Positions 28,948-39,871 of a stretch of DNA of 64,000 bases are shown here, piece by piece. Source of the DNA: an uncultured Propionibacteriaceae bacterium (GTDB lineage: Bacteria > Actinomycetota > Actinomycetes > Propionibacteriales > Propionibacteriaceae); contig CADCUO010000076.1 in NCBI GenBank assembly GCA_902805915.1, positions 7,807 to 71,806 on the forward strand, in the 5' to 3' direction. The translations under genes were made by a program, and so were the position numbers. Every line of letters begins with the position of its first letter. Positions within the stretch are counted from its first letter, which is position 1. The notes under the pieces were generated by a model that was given only the letters and a program-made list of their open reading frames with translations, was not told where the DNA came from and ran no database searches.

Positions 28948-31900
28948 ATGAGCACCCAGACCGGCGCAGCCCTACGCTACTTCGAAGATTTCACGCCCGG
29001 GTCGGGCCGACGCAGTCCCGCACGGTCCTGGCTGCACTCGGATGCGCCCCGGCTGAGCCTCAACGGTGACTGGCGGTTCCGGCTCTGGCCCACCGCAGAC
29101 GCGGACGAGGCGGTGGCCGCCGTCGACTTCGACGACTCTGACTGGGATCTGCTTGCCGTCCCGTCGCACTGGGTGCTCTCCGGTGACGGCCGATACGGTC
29201 GGCCCGCGTACACCAACGTGCAGTACCCGTTCCCGATCGACCCGCCCTACGTCCCGGATGAGAACCCGACCGGCGACCACCGCCGTACCTTCGACCTCCC
29301 CGACTGGGACGTTGAGCGGCTGCTGCTGCGTTTCGAGGGCGTCGAGTCCACCTACAAGGTGTGGCTGAACGGGACCGAGGTCGGGGTCGGCAAGGGCAGC
29401 CGGTTGGCGACCGAGTTCGACGTGACCAAGCTGGTTCGTGCGGGCAGCAACGTGCTGGTGGTTCGGGTGCACCAGTGGTCGTCGGCGAGCTATCTGGAGG
29501 ACCAGGACCAATGGTGGTTGCCGGGCATCTTCCGGGAGGTGAACCTAGTCGGTCGACCCCACGATGGCATCGACGACGTCTGGCTGCAGACCGGCTTTGA
29601 TCATGCCACCGGTGTCGGCCGGATCCGGCCCGAGATCTCCGCGGCGCCCGCTGCGTACCCGATCACGATCGAGATCGCCGACCTGGGATTCAGCCAGACC
29701 CTGCAGTCCGCCGCGGACATCGAACCCCTCACCGTCGGCCCCTTCACAGTCGGCCCGGTCGAGCCGTGGAGCGCGGAGTCTCCCCGGCTCTACGATGCCG
29801 TGGTCAGGTCCGCAGGCGAGCGAATCGTTGTGCGGTTGGGATTTCGGACCGTCCAGATCCACGGTGACGTCTTCACCGTCAACGGTGCCCAGGTCACCTT
29901 CCGCGGCATGAACCGGCACGAGACCCACCCGGTCCGCGGCCGGATGTTCGACGAGGACCACGCTCGGGCGTACATGATCATGATGAAGCAGCACAACGTC
30001 AACGCCATCCGGACCAGTCACTACCCACCGCACCCCCGCGTTCTCGACCTGTGCGACGAGCTGGGTTTCTGGGTGATTGACGAGTGCGATCTGGAGACCC
30101 ACGGCTTCGTGTTCGTCAACTGGGCCGACAACCCCAGTGACGACCCACGCTGGGAGTCGGCTTACCTGGACCGGATCGAGCGGACAGTGGAACGCGACAA
30201 GAACCACCCCTGCGTGATCATCTGGTCGCTCGGCAACGAAGCCGGCACCGGCCGCAACCTGGCTCAGATGTCGCAGTGGGTACACCGCCGCGACCCCAGC
30301 CGGCCGGTGCACTACGAGGGCGACTACACCTGCTCCTACACCGATGTGTACTCCCGGATGTACCCGAACCTGATCGAGACTGCAAACATCGGTGGCGGCA
30401 CCGGGGAGCTATTGGGCTGTGGGGCGGCCGAAGGCGTACGGGTGCGGACCAAGCCGTTTCTGATGTGCGAGTACGCCCACGCCATGGGCAACGGCCCAGG
30501 CGCGCTGACCGAGTACGACGAGCTGGCGGAGCGGTTCCAACGCCTGCACGGTGGCTTCATCTGGGAGTGGCGTGATCATGGCCTGCTCACCCGCAGCGAG
30601 GAGGGCCGGGAGTTCTACGGGTACGGCGGCGACTTCGGTGAGGTAGTGCACGACGGGAACTTCGTCATGGACGGCATGGTGCTGCCCGATGACTCCCCCA
30701 CCCCCGGGCTGGCGGAGTTCGCGGTCGTCTCGGCGCCCCTCCGGTTCGAGCTGGATGACACCACGCTTACCATCCGGAACCGTTATGCCTTGGTGGATAC
30801 CAGCCATCTGCGGTTCGTGGCCACAGTCGAGGCTGATGGGGTGGAGCAGCAGAGCTGGAGCCTGGACGTGCCGGTTGTGGCAGCCGGGGAGCTGGTCAGC
30901 GTCCCACTGGAACAGCACCGCTTGGACGCCGGCGAAGCCGGCGCCGGTGAGAGGTGGCTCAACGTGCGGGCCGAACTGGCAACCGACGCGAGCTGGGCGA
31001 CGGCCGGGCATGTGGTGGCCTGGGCGCAGCACGACCTCACCCCAGCTGCCCCACCGCGGCCGACGCTGCCCCGCACCCCGACCCTGGAACGAGCGCCGGT
31101 CCCCACGCTGACGCTTGGACCGGCCGAGTTCGATGGCCGGACGGGACGGCTGCGGGGACTGCACGGCGTATCCGTCGGCGGCCCGCAACTGGAGCTGTGG
31201 CGTGGCCCCACCGACAACGACCGCAGCGACCGTCGTGGGTCCTTCGAGCTGGGGCTGCCAGAGCACACCAACGGCGAGGGAGCCCCGGGACCGTCCGCGG
31301 AGCGCCGGTGGCGTGACCGGGGGCTGGACCGGCTCGTCCACCGCGTGGTCGAGGTCGGCTGCACCGACGCTGCGGTGGTAGTCCGAGCCCGGGTGAGTGC
31401 GGCGAACAGCGCCCTGAGCGTTGATGTCGCCTACCGCTGGAGTATCCGCCCGGGCGACCCGTCTGCGGTGGCGCTGCTCGTGGATGTGGTGCCTTCGCCG
31501 AACTGGGACTGCACCTGGCCACGGGTCGGGGTGCGTTTCGCCCTGCCCAAGGAGTTCACCGAAGCGCGCTGGTTCGGGACCGGCCCGCACGAGTCGTACC
31601 CGGACACCCGCCGAGCTGCCCGGGTAGGTCGTTTCCAGGCCGGCGTCGATCAGCTGAACGTGGCCTACTCGAGGCCGCAGGAGACCGGTCATCGCGCCGA
31701 GCTGCGGGTTCTGGACGTGGGCGACGGCACCGCAACCGGCCTCCGCCTCACCACGATGCCTGATCGGCACGGCCACCGGCCCGGCTTCACCCTGAGCAGG
31801 CACACGCCACAGCAGCTGGACCGGGCCGCACATCCCTACCAGCTGCCGGAGAACGACAACGTCTTCTTGTTCATCGACGATGCGGTTCATGGTGTGGGGT

Positions 31901-31995
31901 CCAGGGCGTGTGGAATCGACGTGCTGCCCCAGCATGCCCTGTGGCCGGGGGCACGCTCCTTCGGTGTGATCTTCCAGGACCCGGCGCTTGGCTGA
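28948..31995 (+). CDS. lacZ: Beta-galactosidase, glycoside hydrolase family 2
   Basis: YTNVQYPF, LEDQDQWWLPGIFR, NAIRTSHYP, WSLGNE, MCEYAHAMGN; start trimmed to MSTQTG. Confidence 0.93.
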   Translation: MSTQTGAALRYFEDFTPGSGRRSPARSWLHSDAPRLSLNGDWRFRLWPTADADEAVAAVDFDDSDWDLLAVPSHWVLSGDGRYGRPAYTNVQYPFPIDPPYVPDENPTGDHRRTFDLPDWDVERLLLRFEGVESTYKVWLNGTEVGVGKGSRLATEFDVTKLVRAGSNVLVVRVHQWSSASYLEDQDQWWLPGIFREVNLVGRPHDGIDDVWLQTGFDHATGVGRIRPEISAAPAAYPITIEIADLGFSQTLQSAADIEPLTVGPFTVGPVEPWSAESPRLYDAVVRSAGERIVVRLGFRTVQIHGDVFTVNGAQVTFRGMNRHETHPVRGRMFDEDHARAYMIMMKQHNVNAIRTSHYPPHPRVLDLCDELGFWVIDECDLETHGFVFVNWADNPSDDPRWESAYLDRIERTVERDKNHPCVIIWSLGNEAGTGRNLAQMSQWVHRRDPSRPVHYEGDYTCSYTDVYSRMYPNLIETANIGGGTGELLGCGAAEGVRVRTKPFLMCEYAHAMGNGPGALTEYDELAERFQRLHGGFIWEWRDHGLLTRSEEGREFYGYGGDFGEVVHDGNFVMDGMVLPDDSPTPGLAEFAVVSAPLRFELDDTTLTIRNRYALVDTSHLRFVATVEADGVEQQSWSLDVPVVAAGELVSVPLEQHRLDAGEAGAGERWLNVRAELATDASWATAGHVVAWAQHDLTPAAPPRPTLPRTPTLERAPVPTLTLGPAEFDGRTGRLRGLHGVSVGGPQLELWRGPTDNDRSDRRGSFELGLPEHTNGEGAPGPSAERRWRDRGLDRLVHRVVEVGCTDAAVVVRARVSAANSALSVDVAYRWSIRPGDPSAVALLVDVVPSPNWDCTWPRVGVRFALPKEFTEARWFGTGPHESYPDTRRAARVGRFQAGVDQLNVAYSRPQETGHRAELRVLDVGDGTATGLRLTTMPDRHGHRPGFTLSRHTPQQLDRAAHPYQLPENDNVFLFIDDAVHGVGSRACGIDVLPQHALWPGARSFGVIFQDPALG

Positions 31996-32043
31996 CCTCG
32001 GAGTTGGCGCTCGAAGTCGAACGTGAGTTGACATGGTCATCTG

Positions 32044-32072
32044 ACCGGCCCCGCCGTCTGGGCGGGGTCGGT
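32044..32072. terminator. GC-rich hairpin between convergent genes
   Basis: ACCGGCCCCGCC-gtctg-GGCGGGGTCGGT. Confidence 0.7.
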
Positions 32073-32093
32073 GTGGCAGTCCGGGCTCCGGCG

Positions 32094-32324
32094 CTAGCCG
32101 GTTTCGTAGTAGGAGCCGCGGAGGTAGGCGTCCACGGCGGGTTCGGCGACCCGGAAGCTGCGGCCGAAGCGGACCGCCTCCAGCTCGCCGGAGTGGATCA
32201 GACGGTAGACCGACATCTTCGATACGCGCATGATGGCGGCGACTTCCGCGACCGTGAGGAACTTGACGCCGGCCAGGCTGCCACCGATCGGGGCAACGTC
32301 ACCGGCAGTGTACTTAGGGGTCAT
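32094..32324 (-). CDS. Excisionase-like HTH DNA-binding protein (Rv0500A-like)
   Basis: FLTVAEVAAIMRVSKMSVYRLIHSGELEAVRFGRSFRV. Confidence 0.92.
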   Translation of the reverse strand: MTPKYTAGDVAPIGGSLAGVKFLTVAEVAAIMRVSKMSVYRLIHSGELEAVRFGRSFRVAEPAVDAYLRGSYYETG

Positions 32325-32468
32325 TTCACACCATTCCAGCACGGATCGGGGCTGGCATCCCTCCAGCGTCACGTCTGTACTGCTGTGAGAATAGTGGTAA
32401 GTGAGGCCCGTGGGATAGAGCGAGGACCGGACTTTACCTCGGCACGCCGGTTGTGTCCGGCACTGGCC

Positions 32469-33611
32469 TCAGACCTCGGCGTCCAGACCGAGGTCGGGGA
32501 AGACGGCGCGACGCGTCGCCATAATCGCCTGATCGAGCCGGCTCTGCGGGTTCGCGCCCTGCTCGAACGGCACGTACTCCGCCGAGGCGTAGTCGGTCAT
32601 GACGGTCGGAGCATGCAGACCCATCTGGTCCCGCCAGGACTGCGGGATGAGGGTTGACGGTGGGACCGGCTGGCCGCTTACCACACCGAGCAGATGCGTC
32701 CAGGCTCGAGGCACAATGTCGGCCACCACGTAGCCGCCACCCCCGGTGGAAACCCAGCGACCCTCACAGACCTCGTCGGCCAGGTCCGCCAGCGCCAGGT
32801 ACGAGGCGCGCTGCCCGTCGACGCTGAGGTCGAGGTCTGCCAGCGGGTCATGTCGGTGGGAGTCGCAACCGTGCTGGGTGACCAGGATGGTCGGCTTGAA
32901 AGCGCGGAGAGCATCGGGCACCACGGCGTGGAACGCCCGCAGCCAGCCTGCGTCGGAGGTACCAGCCGGGAGCGCGACGTTCACTGCAGACCCACGGGCG
33001 TCAGGTCCGCCCGTCTCAGCGGGGAATCCCGTACCCGGGAACAGGGTCACGGGGGTCTCATGCAGGCTGATCGTCAGTACCCGCGGGTCGTTGTAGAAGA
33101 TCGCCTGTACCCCGTCACCGTGGTGGACGTCCACATCGACATAGGCGACCCGCTTACAACCGGAGTCCAGCAGCCACTGAATCGCTATGGCGAGGTCGTT
33201 GTAGACGCAGAAGCCGCTGGCGAAACCAGGCATGGCGTGGTGCAGCCCGCCGCTGATGTTGCAGGCCCGCAGACAGTTTCCCGACCACACCTGGCGAGCT
33301 GCCTCCACGCTGGCCATGGCAACCCGCGCGGCCACCTCATGCATCTGGTCGAAAACCGGGTTGTCCGGTGTGCCGAGACCACAGATGGGGTTCGGCTTGC
33401 CGAGCTCAACGGCCTGGACGTAGTCGGCCTGGTGCACGCTTCGGATGAGATCAAGGTCGATCTCGGGCGGCGGCACGACCTCGAGCCGGTCCAGCACGCC
33501 GAGCGCACCGGCTAGCGACATGGTGTTACGAACCCGGCCCGGCTTCATCGGGTGGTCGTGGCCGAAGTCGTACCTGGTGAGGGCCTCGGAGAACACCAGC
33601 CTGCCAGTCAT
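32469..33611 (-). CDS. acuC: AcuC-like Zn-dependent deacetylase
   Basis: HPMKP, GGLHHA, GFCVYND, DVDVHHGDG, FPGTG, GGGGY. Confidence 0.93.
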   Translation of the reverse strand: MTGRLVFSEALTRYDFGHDHPMKPGRVRNTMSLAGALGVLDRLEVVPPPEIDLDLIRSVHQADYVQAVELGKPNPICGLGTPDNPVFDQMHEVAARVAMASVEAARQVWSGNCLRACNISGGLHHAMPGFASGFCVYNDLAIAIQWLLDSGCKRVAYVDVDVHHGDGVQAIFYNDPRVLTISLHETPVTLFPGTGFPAETGGPDARGSAVNVALPAGTSDAGWLRAFHAVVPDALRAFKPTILVTQHGCDSHRHDPLADLDLSVDGQRASYLALADLADEVCEGRWVSTGGGGYVVADIVPRAWTHLLGVVSGQPVPPSTLIPQSWRDQMGLHAPTVMTDYASAEYVPFEQGANPQSRLDQAIMATRRAVFPDLGLDAEV

Positions 33612-34456
33612 CTCCTGCTCCGGTCAGGTTCCGGCTGGTCCCTGGCGGCGTCGGCCAGCTCCCGGCTGCGGTCCCGGGCCGCCTCCATCGCGGTAAGGAA
33701 GGCCGCCCGTACCTTGTGGTTCTCCAGCTCGCGAATCGCGGCGGCGGTAGTGCCGCCCGGAGAGGTGACCCGCTCGCGCAGCACGGTCGGGTGCTCGCCG
33801 GTCTCGCGGAGCAGCTTGGCTGAGCCCAGCATGGTTTGGACCACCAGCTCGGTGGCGGTGTCCCGCGGCAGGCCCAGGTGGACACCTGCTTCGATCATGG
33901 ACTCCACGACGAAGAAGAGGTACGCCGGCCCGGAACCCGAGATAGCGGTCACCGCATCCTGGTATCGCTCCGGCACCGTCACCACCCGCCCGGTGGCGGA
34001 CAGGATCGCTGTGGCCCGAGCCAGGTGCGACTCGTCGGCGGAGATGCCCGCCGAGATTGCGGCCATCCCCTCATCCACCTGGGCCGGCGTGTTCGGCATC
34101 ACCCGAACGACCGGGGTTCCCTCGGGCAGCTGGTTCTCGATCGCCGCGGTGTCCACCCCGGCCGCCAGCGACACCACCAGAGCTCCCGGCCGCAGCTTGG
34201 TCGAGATCTCGGTCAGCAGATCACGCATGTCCTGCGGCTTGACCACAAAGATCACCGTGTCCGCCGCGCCCGCGGCGTCAGCGTTCTCCAGCATCTCGAT
34301 GCCGTACTTCTCGCGAAGCTCCACCTGACGTTCCGGGCGCCGGTCCGTGGCCACGATCTGGTCGGCGGTCCAGCCGGCACGAAGCAACCCAGAGAGGACC
34401 GTCTCCCCCATCACCCCGGCGCCTATGATGGCCAGGGTCGACCTGGTCTGGGCCAC
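33608..34456 (-). CDS. proC: Pyrroline-5-carboxylate reductase
   Basis: IIGAGVMG, RVMPNTP, SGSGPAY, VTSPGGTT; start trimmed to GTG 34456. Confidence 0.96.
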   Translation of the reverse strand: MAQTRSTLAIIGAGVMGETVLSGLLRAGWTADQIVATDRRPERQVELREKYGIEMLENADAAGAADTVIFVVKPQDMRDLLTEISTKLRPGALVVSLAAGVDTAAIENQLPEGTPVVRVMPNTPAQVDEGMAAISAGISADESHLARATAILSATGRVVTVPERYQDAVTAISGSGPAYLFFVVESMIEAGVHLGLPRDTATELVVQTMLGSAKLLRETGEHPTVLRERVTSPGGTTAAAIRELENHKVRAAFLTAMEAARDRSRELADAARDQPEPDRSRR

Positions 34457-34460
34457 GCGA

Positions 34461-35513
<1,053 letters not shown>

Positions 35514-35595
35514 CTAAGGCCGGCCCTCGCCGGTCTCTAATCCATTCCGCCGGCTGGGCCAAGGCAACCAGGCAGGCACCAGGCACACTAGCGAG

Positions 35596-36387
35596 GTGCG
35601 CAACACGAGCTCGGCTGGCCATCCGGCCACCGCTGGAGCCCCCGCCTTACCGCGGTTGGGCTGGGAGATCCTGGTCGTGCTCGGGCTGTCGCTCGGGCAG
35701 TCGGCGACCTACTCCCTGCTGCGGATCATCGAAAGACTGACCCGCAATGTGCCGCTGAGCCAGCAGACCTCCACCCTCAATCAGTCGGCCACCCCCGACC
35801 GGCCCTGGCTGGACCTCAGCTACCAGCTGGTCGGCATCACCTTCGGCCTGATGCCGGTGCTGCTGGTGATGTACCTGCTCAACCAGACCAACCGCCCGGC
35901 CGGCCAGCTGATCGGGTTTGATCTTCGTCGGCCCGGGTTCGACGCAGGGTTCGGAGTCGTAATCGCTGCCTTCATTGGCATTCCCGGCCTCGGTCTCTAT
36001 CTGGGTGCGAGGTCTCTTGGGCTCAATACCGAGGTCCAGGCCTCAGCGCTGGCCGACAACTGGTGGACCATACCGGTACTGATCTTGTCCGCCGCCCAGA
36101 ACTCCGTCCTGGAGGAGGTTGTACTGGTCGGCTACCTGTTCACCCGGCTGACCCAGCTGCAGTGGCGGCTGCCGGTGATCATTCTCGGTACCGCGCTGCT
36201 TCGCGGGTCCTACCACCTCTACCAAGGTTTTGGCGGCTTCGTCGGGAACCTGGTCATGGGGGTGATCTTCGGACTGATCTACGCCCGGTGGAAGCGGGTG
36301 GGCGCACTGGTCGTCGCGCACACCCTCATCGACGTTGCCGCATTCGTCGGTTATGCCGTGGTGGCACCGTACGTTGACTGGCTGTGA
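35596..36387 (+). CDS. CPBP (Abi / CAAX-type) intramembrane metalloprotease
   Basis: LEEV, RGSYHLYQG, AH..ID; multiple TM helices. Confidence 0.88.
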   Translation: MRNTSSAGHPATAGAPALPRLGWEILVVLGLSLGQSATYSLLRIIERLTRNVPLSQQTSTLNQSATPDRPWLDLSYQLVGITFGLMPVLLVMYLLNQTNRPAGQLIGFDLRRPGFDAGFGVVIAAFIGIPGLGLYLGARSLGLNTEVQASALADNWWTIPVLILSAAQNSVLEEVVLVGYLFTRLTQLQWRLPVIILGTALLRGSYHLYQGFGGFVGNLVMGVIFGLIYARWKRVGALVVAHTLIDVAAFVGYAVVAPYVDWL

Positions 36388-36399
36388 CGTCGGCGCCGG

Positions 36400-37329
36400 T
36401 CAGGACTTGGTGACCAGGCTGCGGGCGAAGAAGGTGAGGTTGGCTGGACGTTCGGCCAGCCGGCGCACCAGGTAGCCGTACCAGTCGGTCCCGTACGGCA
36501 GATAGACCCGTACGGTGTGGCCGGCAGCAGCCAACCGCTGCTGCTCCAACGGGCGGATGCCGTACAGCATCTGGAACTCATAGGAGTCGGTCGACCGGTC
36601 GTTCCTCACCGCCAGCGTCCGCCCGATCTCGATCAACCGCGGGTCGTGGGTCGCCACCATGGGGTAGCCGTCGCCGGACATCAGGATCTTCAGGCAGCGG
36701 ACGTAGGACTTGTCCACCTCGGCCCGGTCCTCGAACGCGACGCTCGCCGGCTCGTCGTAGGCACCTTTGCACAGCCGTACCCTCGACCCGGCCGTCGCCA
36801 GGTCCCTGCAGTCGGCCTCAGTCCGGCGGAGATAGGCCTGCAGCACGGCTCCGGTGGTCGGGAAGTCCCTGCGGAGCTGGGCAACCCCCTCCAGCGTCGC
36901 GTCGGTGGTGCTGGACTCCTCCATGTCCACAGTGACCGTGGTGTTGGCGTTGCGGGCCGCGGCGCACACCAGCCGGGCGTTGTCCAGCGCGATCATGCTC
37001 CCGTCTCCAGGCAGCTGCTGGCCCAGCGCCGACAGCTTCACCGACACCTCCGCAGCGTCTGCCAACCCGGCCTCACGTAGCCGGGCCAGCAGGTTGATGT
37101 AGGCACGGGCCGCCAGATCGGCGTGTGACCGGTCGTGAGTGTCCTCACCGAGATGGTCGATGCTCACCGACAGACCCGCTGCCACCAGCCGTCTGGTGGC
37201 CGCGATCGCGTCCTCGGTGGACTCACCCGGCACGAACCGGGACACCACCTCACTGGTCACCGGTACTTTCAGCACCGCGTTCTTGATCATGTCGCTGCGA
37301 GAGACTCCCAGCAGTACCCGTCGCAGCAT
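36400..37329 (-). CDS. Monofunctional proline dehydrogenase
   Basis: SVKLSALG, VDMEE, RVRLCKGAY, ATHD, EFQMLYG, RRLAERP. Confidence 0.95.
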   Translation of the reverse strand: MLRRVLLGVSRSDMIKNAVLKVPVTSEVVSRFVPGESTEDAIAATRRLVAAGLSVSIDHLGEDTHDRSHADLAARAYINLLARLREAGLADAAEVSVKLSALGQQLPGDGSMIALDNARLVCAAARNANTTVTVDMEESSTTDATLEGVAQLRRDFPTTGAVLQAYLRRTEADCRDLATAGSRVRLCKGAYDEPASVAFEDRAEVDKSYVRCLKILMSGDGYPMVATHDPRLIEIGRTLAVRNDRSTDSYEFQMLYGIRPLEQQRLAAAGHTVRVYLPYGTDWYGYLVRRLAERPANLTFFARSLVTKS

Positions 37330-37360
37330 GCAGCCTTCCGGTCTCGAGGATCGCCTGGCC

Positions 37361-38254
37361 CTACAGGGCGCTGGCGACGCCCCCGCTGTCGACGGAGTAC
37401 GACGGCGTCACCGGAGCGGCCAGGTGCAGCCGAGTGAAGGCCAGCGACTCAGCCAGGTCGGCCTCCCGCTGTGCCCGAGTCTCGCACTTGCGGGAGTTGA
37501 TCTCCAACACCACGTGGCCGGAGAAGTCCTGCTCTGCTAGATACTCCAGCACCTTGCCCGCTTGCTGGTCACCGCGACCCGGCACCAGGTGCTCGTCCTT
37601 GGCCGACCCGGTGCCGTCGGTGAGGTGAAGGTGCTTCAACCGGTCCCCCCAAGCCCTGGCGAGGTCGAGCGACTGCTGGCCCGACGTCGAGGCGTGGGAG
37701 AGGTCCAAGGTGAGGTCGGCGTAGTCACGCCCGGTCGGATCCCAACCAGGCAGGTACGCCTTCAGCTCACCACCGGGGGTCCGCCAGGGATACATGTTCT
37801 CGACGCAGAAGGTGATGCCGGTCGACTCGGTCAGCCGGCGGATGCCGTCGACGAAGCCGCGGGCGTACTCACGCTGCCAGCGAAACGGTGGATGTACCAC
37901 CACTACATCGGCATCGAGCCGCTGCGCTGCTTCGGCGGAACGGTCCAGCTTCGCCCACAGATCTGTTCCCCAGACCCGTTGGGTGATCAGCAGGCACGGT
38001 GCATGGACCGCCAGCACCGGGATCCCGTGATAGTCGCGAAGCTTCTCCACCGCGTCGATGTCTGCAGCAACCGGGTCGATACCCACCATCAACTCGACCC
38101 CGTCGTACCCGAGTCGACGCGCGAGCTCGAAGGCACTTGAGGTGGTCTCGGGGTAGACCGAGGAGGTGGACAAAGCCACTTTTGCGTTCGGCACCTTGAT
38201 CAGCTGGTCCGCCATCGGCGTCTCCAACCCATTGGTGCGTGGCTGTTCGGGCAC
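37361..38254 (-). CDS. Sugar phosphate isomerase/epimerase (TIM barrel, Rv0498-like)
   Basis: [41 protein letters not shown]; -10 TAGTCT before GTG 38254. Confidence 0.85.
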   Translation of the reverse strand: MPEQPRTNGLETPMADQLIKVPNAKVALSTSSVYPETTSSAFELARRLGYDGVELMVGIDPVAADIDAVEKLRDYHGIPVLAVHAPCLLITQRVWGTDLWAKLDRSAEAAQRLDADVVVVHPPFRWQREYARGFVDGIRRLTESTGITFCVENMYPWRTPGGELKAYLPGWDPTGRDYADLTLDLSHASTSGQQSLDLARAWGDRLKHLHLTDGTGSAKDEHLVPGRGDQQAGKVLEYLAEQDFSGHVVLEINSRKCETRAQREADLAESLAFTRLHLAAPVTPSYSVDSGGVASAL

Positions 38255-38302
38255 GTCCTCCAGACTATCCCGTGTCCGATCACGTCGCCGTAGAGTGAGG
38301 GC

Positions 38303-39070
38303 GTGCCCGAAGTGCTGCTCCCGTTCCCGCGTGCCTTTGTGGAGTTCGTCGATCCCGACGACGCAGACCAGGTCTACCGCTGCGACCTGACGTGGCTCAC
38401 CTCTCGCTGGTCCTGCATCTTCGGCGAGGGCTGCAAGGGAATCTATGCGGACCGACCCGACGACGGCTGCTGTACGCTCGGGGCGCATTTCGCCGATGCA
38501 GCCGACGAGAAGCGGGTGCGCCAGGCCGCCAAGCAGCTCAGCGCCGTGCAGTGGCAGTACAAGAAGGCGGCCAAGACGGGCGGCTGGGTCGAGCTGGAGG
38601 GCCCGGAGACGATGGCCGAGGGTGCGGAGCCGGCTCGAAAGACCCGGGTGGTCGACGGCGCCTGCATCTTCCTCAACCGACCGGGGTTCCCCGCCGGCGA
38701 GGGGTGCGCATTGCATCTGCTGGCTCTGGACCAGGGGCGGGACTTCGTCGAGACCAAGCCGGATGTGTGCTGGCAGCTGCCGATCAGGCGTCAGTTCCGT
38801 ACGGTCACCCGTACCGATGACACGAGCTACACCGAGGTCAGCATCGGCGAGTACGGCCGGGACGGATGGGGTCCCGGGGGACACGACCTGGACTGGTACT
38901 GCACCGCCAACACCGAGGCCCACCACGGCAGCCAGGCGGTGTACCTGAACAACCGGTCCGAGCTGGTCGCCTTGATGGGTGAGCCTGCCTATGCCCTACT
39001 CGTGCAGATGTGCGCGGATTTCGAGGCGGGGCCGGGTCGAGTGATGCGCCACGCGGCCGACCCGGTGTGA
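38303..39070 (+). CDS. Conserved Cys-rich hypothetical protein (Rv0495c-like, probable metal-cluster protein)
   Basis: [43 protein letters not shown]; -10 TAGAGT 6 nt before the GTG. Confidence 0.75.
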   Translation: MPEVLLPFPRAFVEFVDPDDADQVYRCDLTWLTSRWSCIFGEGCKGIYADRPDDGCCTLGAHFADAADEKRVRQAAKQLSAVQWQYKKAAKTGGWVELEGPETMAEGAEPARKTRVVDGACIFLNRPGFPAGEGCALHLLALDQGRDFVETKPDVCWQLPIRRQFRTVTRTDDTSYTEVSIGEYGRDGWGPGGHDLDWYCTANTEAHHGSQAVYLNNRSELVALMGEPAYALLVQMCADFEAGPGRVMRHAADPV

Positions 39071-39198
39071 CACCACCTCGGCCTCCAAAAGGGCTGGTGC
39101 CGAGCCGTCGGCGTTACACCGTTATAGAGATCGAGACCACACCGTGACAAAGTGACCCCTGTCCGATCGCGGCAAAAAGCGCGGGTGACAATGAGCCC

Positions 39199-39834
39199 AT
39201 GCATCTGGATCATCTGTCCTTTGCCGCTGGCCCCGAAGGGCTGGTGGGGACCACGGAACGGCTCAGCGACCTGCTGGGTGCCCCGTTCCGCGATGGCGGC
39301 TTTCACCCCCGGTTCGGAACCCGGAACCGGATCCTGCCGCTCGCTGACGGGCGGTACCTGGAGGTCGTCGAGGTGCTGGACCACCCGGCAGCGGACAAGG
39401 CGCCGTTCGGCCAGGCGGTTCGGGCCCGTTCCGAGATGGGCGGCGGCTGGCTGGGCTGGGTGGTCGCGGTCGAGGATCTCGGTCCGGTGGAGGAACGCAT
39501 CGGCCGTGCCGCGGTGACCGGGTCGCGGCACCTGCCCGACGGTGGTCAGCTGGAGTGGCAGCAGATCGGGGTCAAGGGGCTGCAGTCAGATCCGCAGCTG
39601 CCGTTCTTCGTCCGCTGGCTCTCCCCTCCGGAGGCGCATCCGTCGGCTGGCGGCAAGGACATCGAGCTGCTGAAGCTGGAGATCGCCGGATATCCGGCAC
39701 GGGTGGATGACTGGCTGGGCGGTCAGGCGGACAAGATCCTGAACGACGTTGAGATCGGCTGGGTGGCGCCCAACGGCCAACCCGGTCTGGAGGCAGCCAC
39801 CTTCAGCACACCGCGAGGCGAGGTCCGCATCTAG
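39199..39834 (+). CDS. VOC / glyoxalase-like domain protein
   Basis: LDHLS, GGFHPRFGTRN, YLEVV, LPFFVRW. Confidence 0.85.
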   Translation: MHLDHLSFAAGPEGLVGTTERLSDLLGAPFRDGGFHPRFGTRNRILPLADGRYLEVVEVLDHPAADKAPFGQAVRARSEMGGGWLGWVVAVEDLGPVEERIGRAAVTGSRHLPDGGQLEWQQIGVKGLQSDPQLPFFVRWLSPPEAHPSAGGKDIELLKLEIAGYPARVDDWLGGQADKILNDVEIGWVAPNGQPGLEAATFSTPRGEVRI

Positions 39835-39871
39835 CCAAGAGCGGGGGAACGAGCGATGACATCATGACGTC

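Noticed and set aside
32094-32324. Excisionase-like gene as a prophage or ICE marker
   Set aside because: No integrase or att site; it matches the conserved chromosomal Rv0500A-like HTH next to proC.
35596-36387. Abi-domain protein as a phage-defence or bacteriocin-immunity gene
   Set aside because: An ordinary CPBP protease in housekeeping context, with no defence or RiPP neighbours.
37361-38926. 521-aa version of the isomerase ORF, and similar long N-terminal extensions of ccdA, resB, folE, proC and hpt
   Set aside because: The extensions overlap neighbouring real genes; downstream starts with coupling or promoter evidence are preferred.
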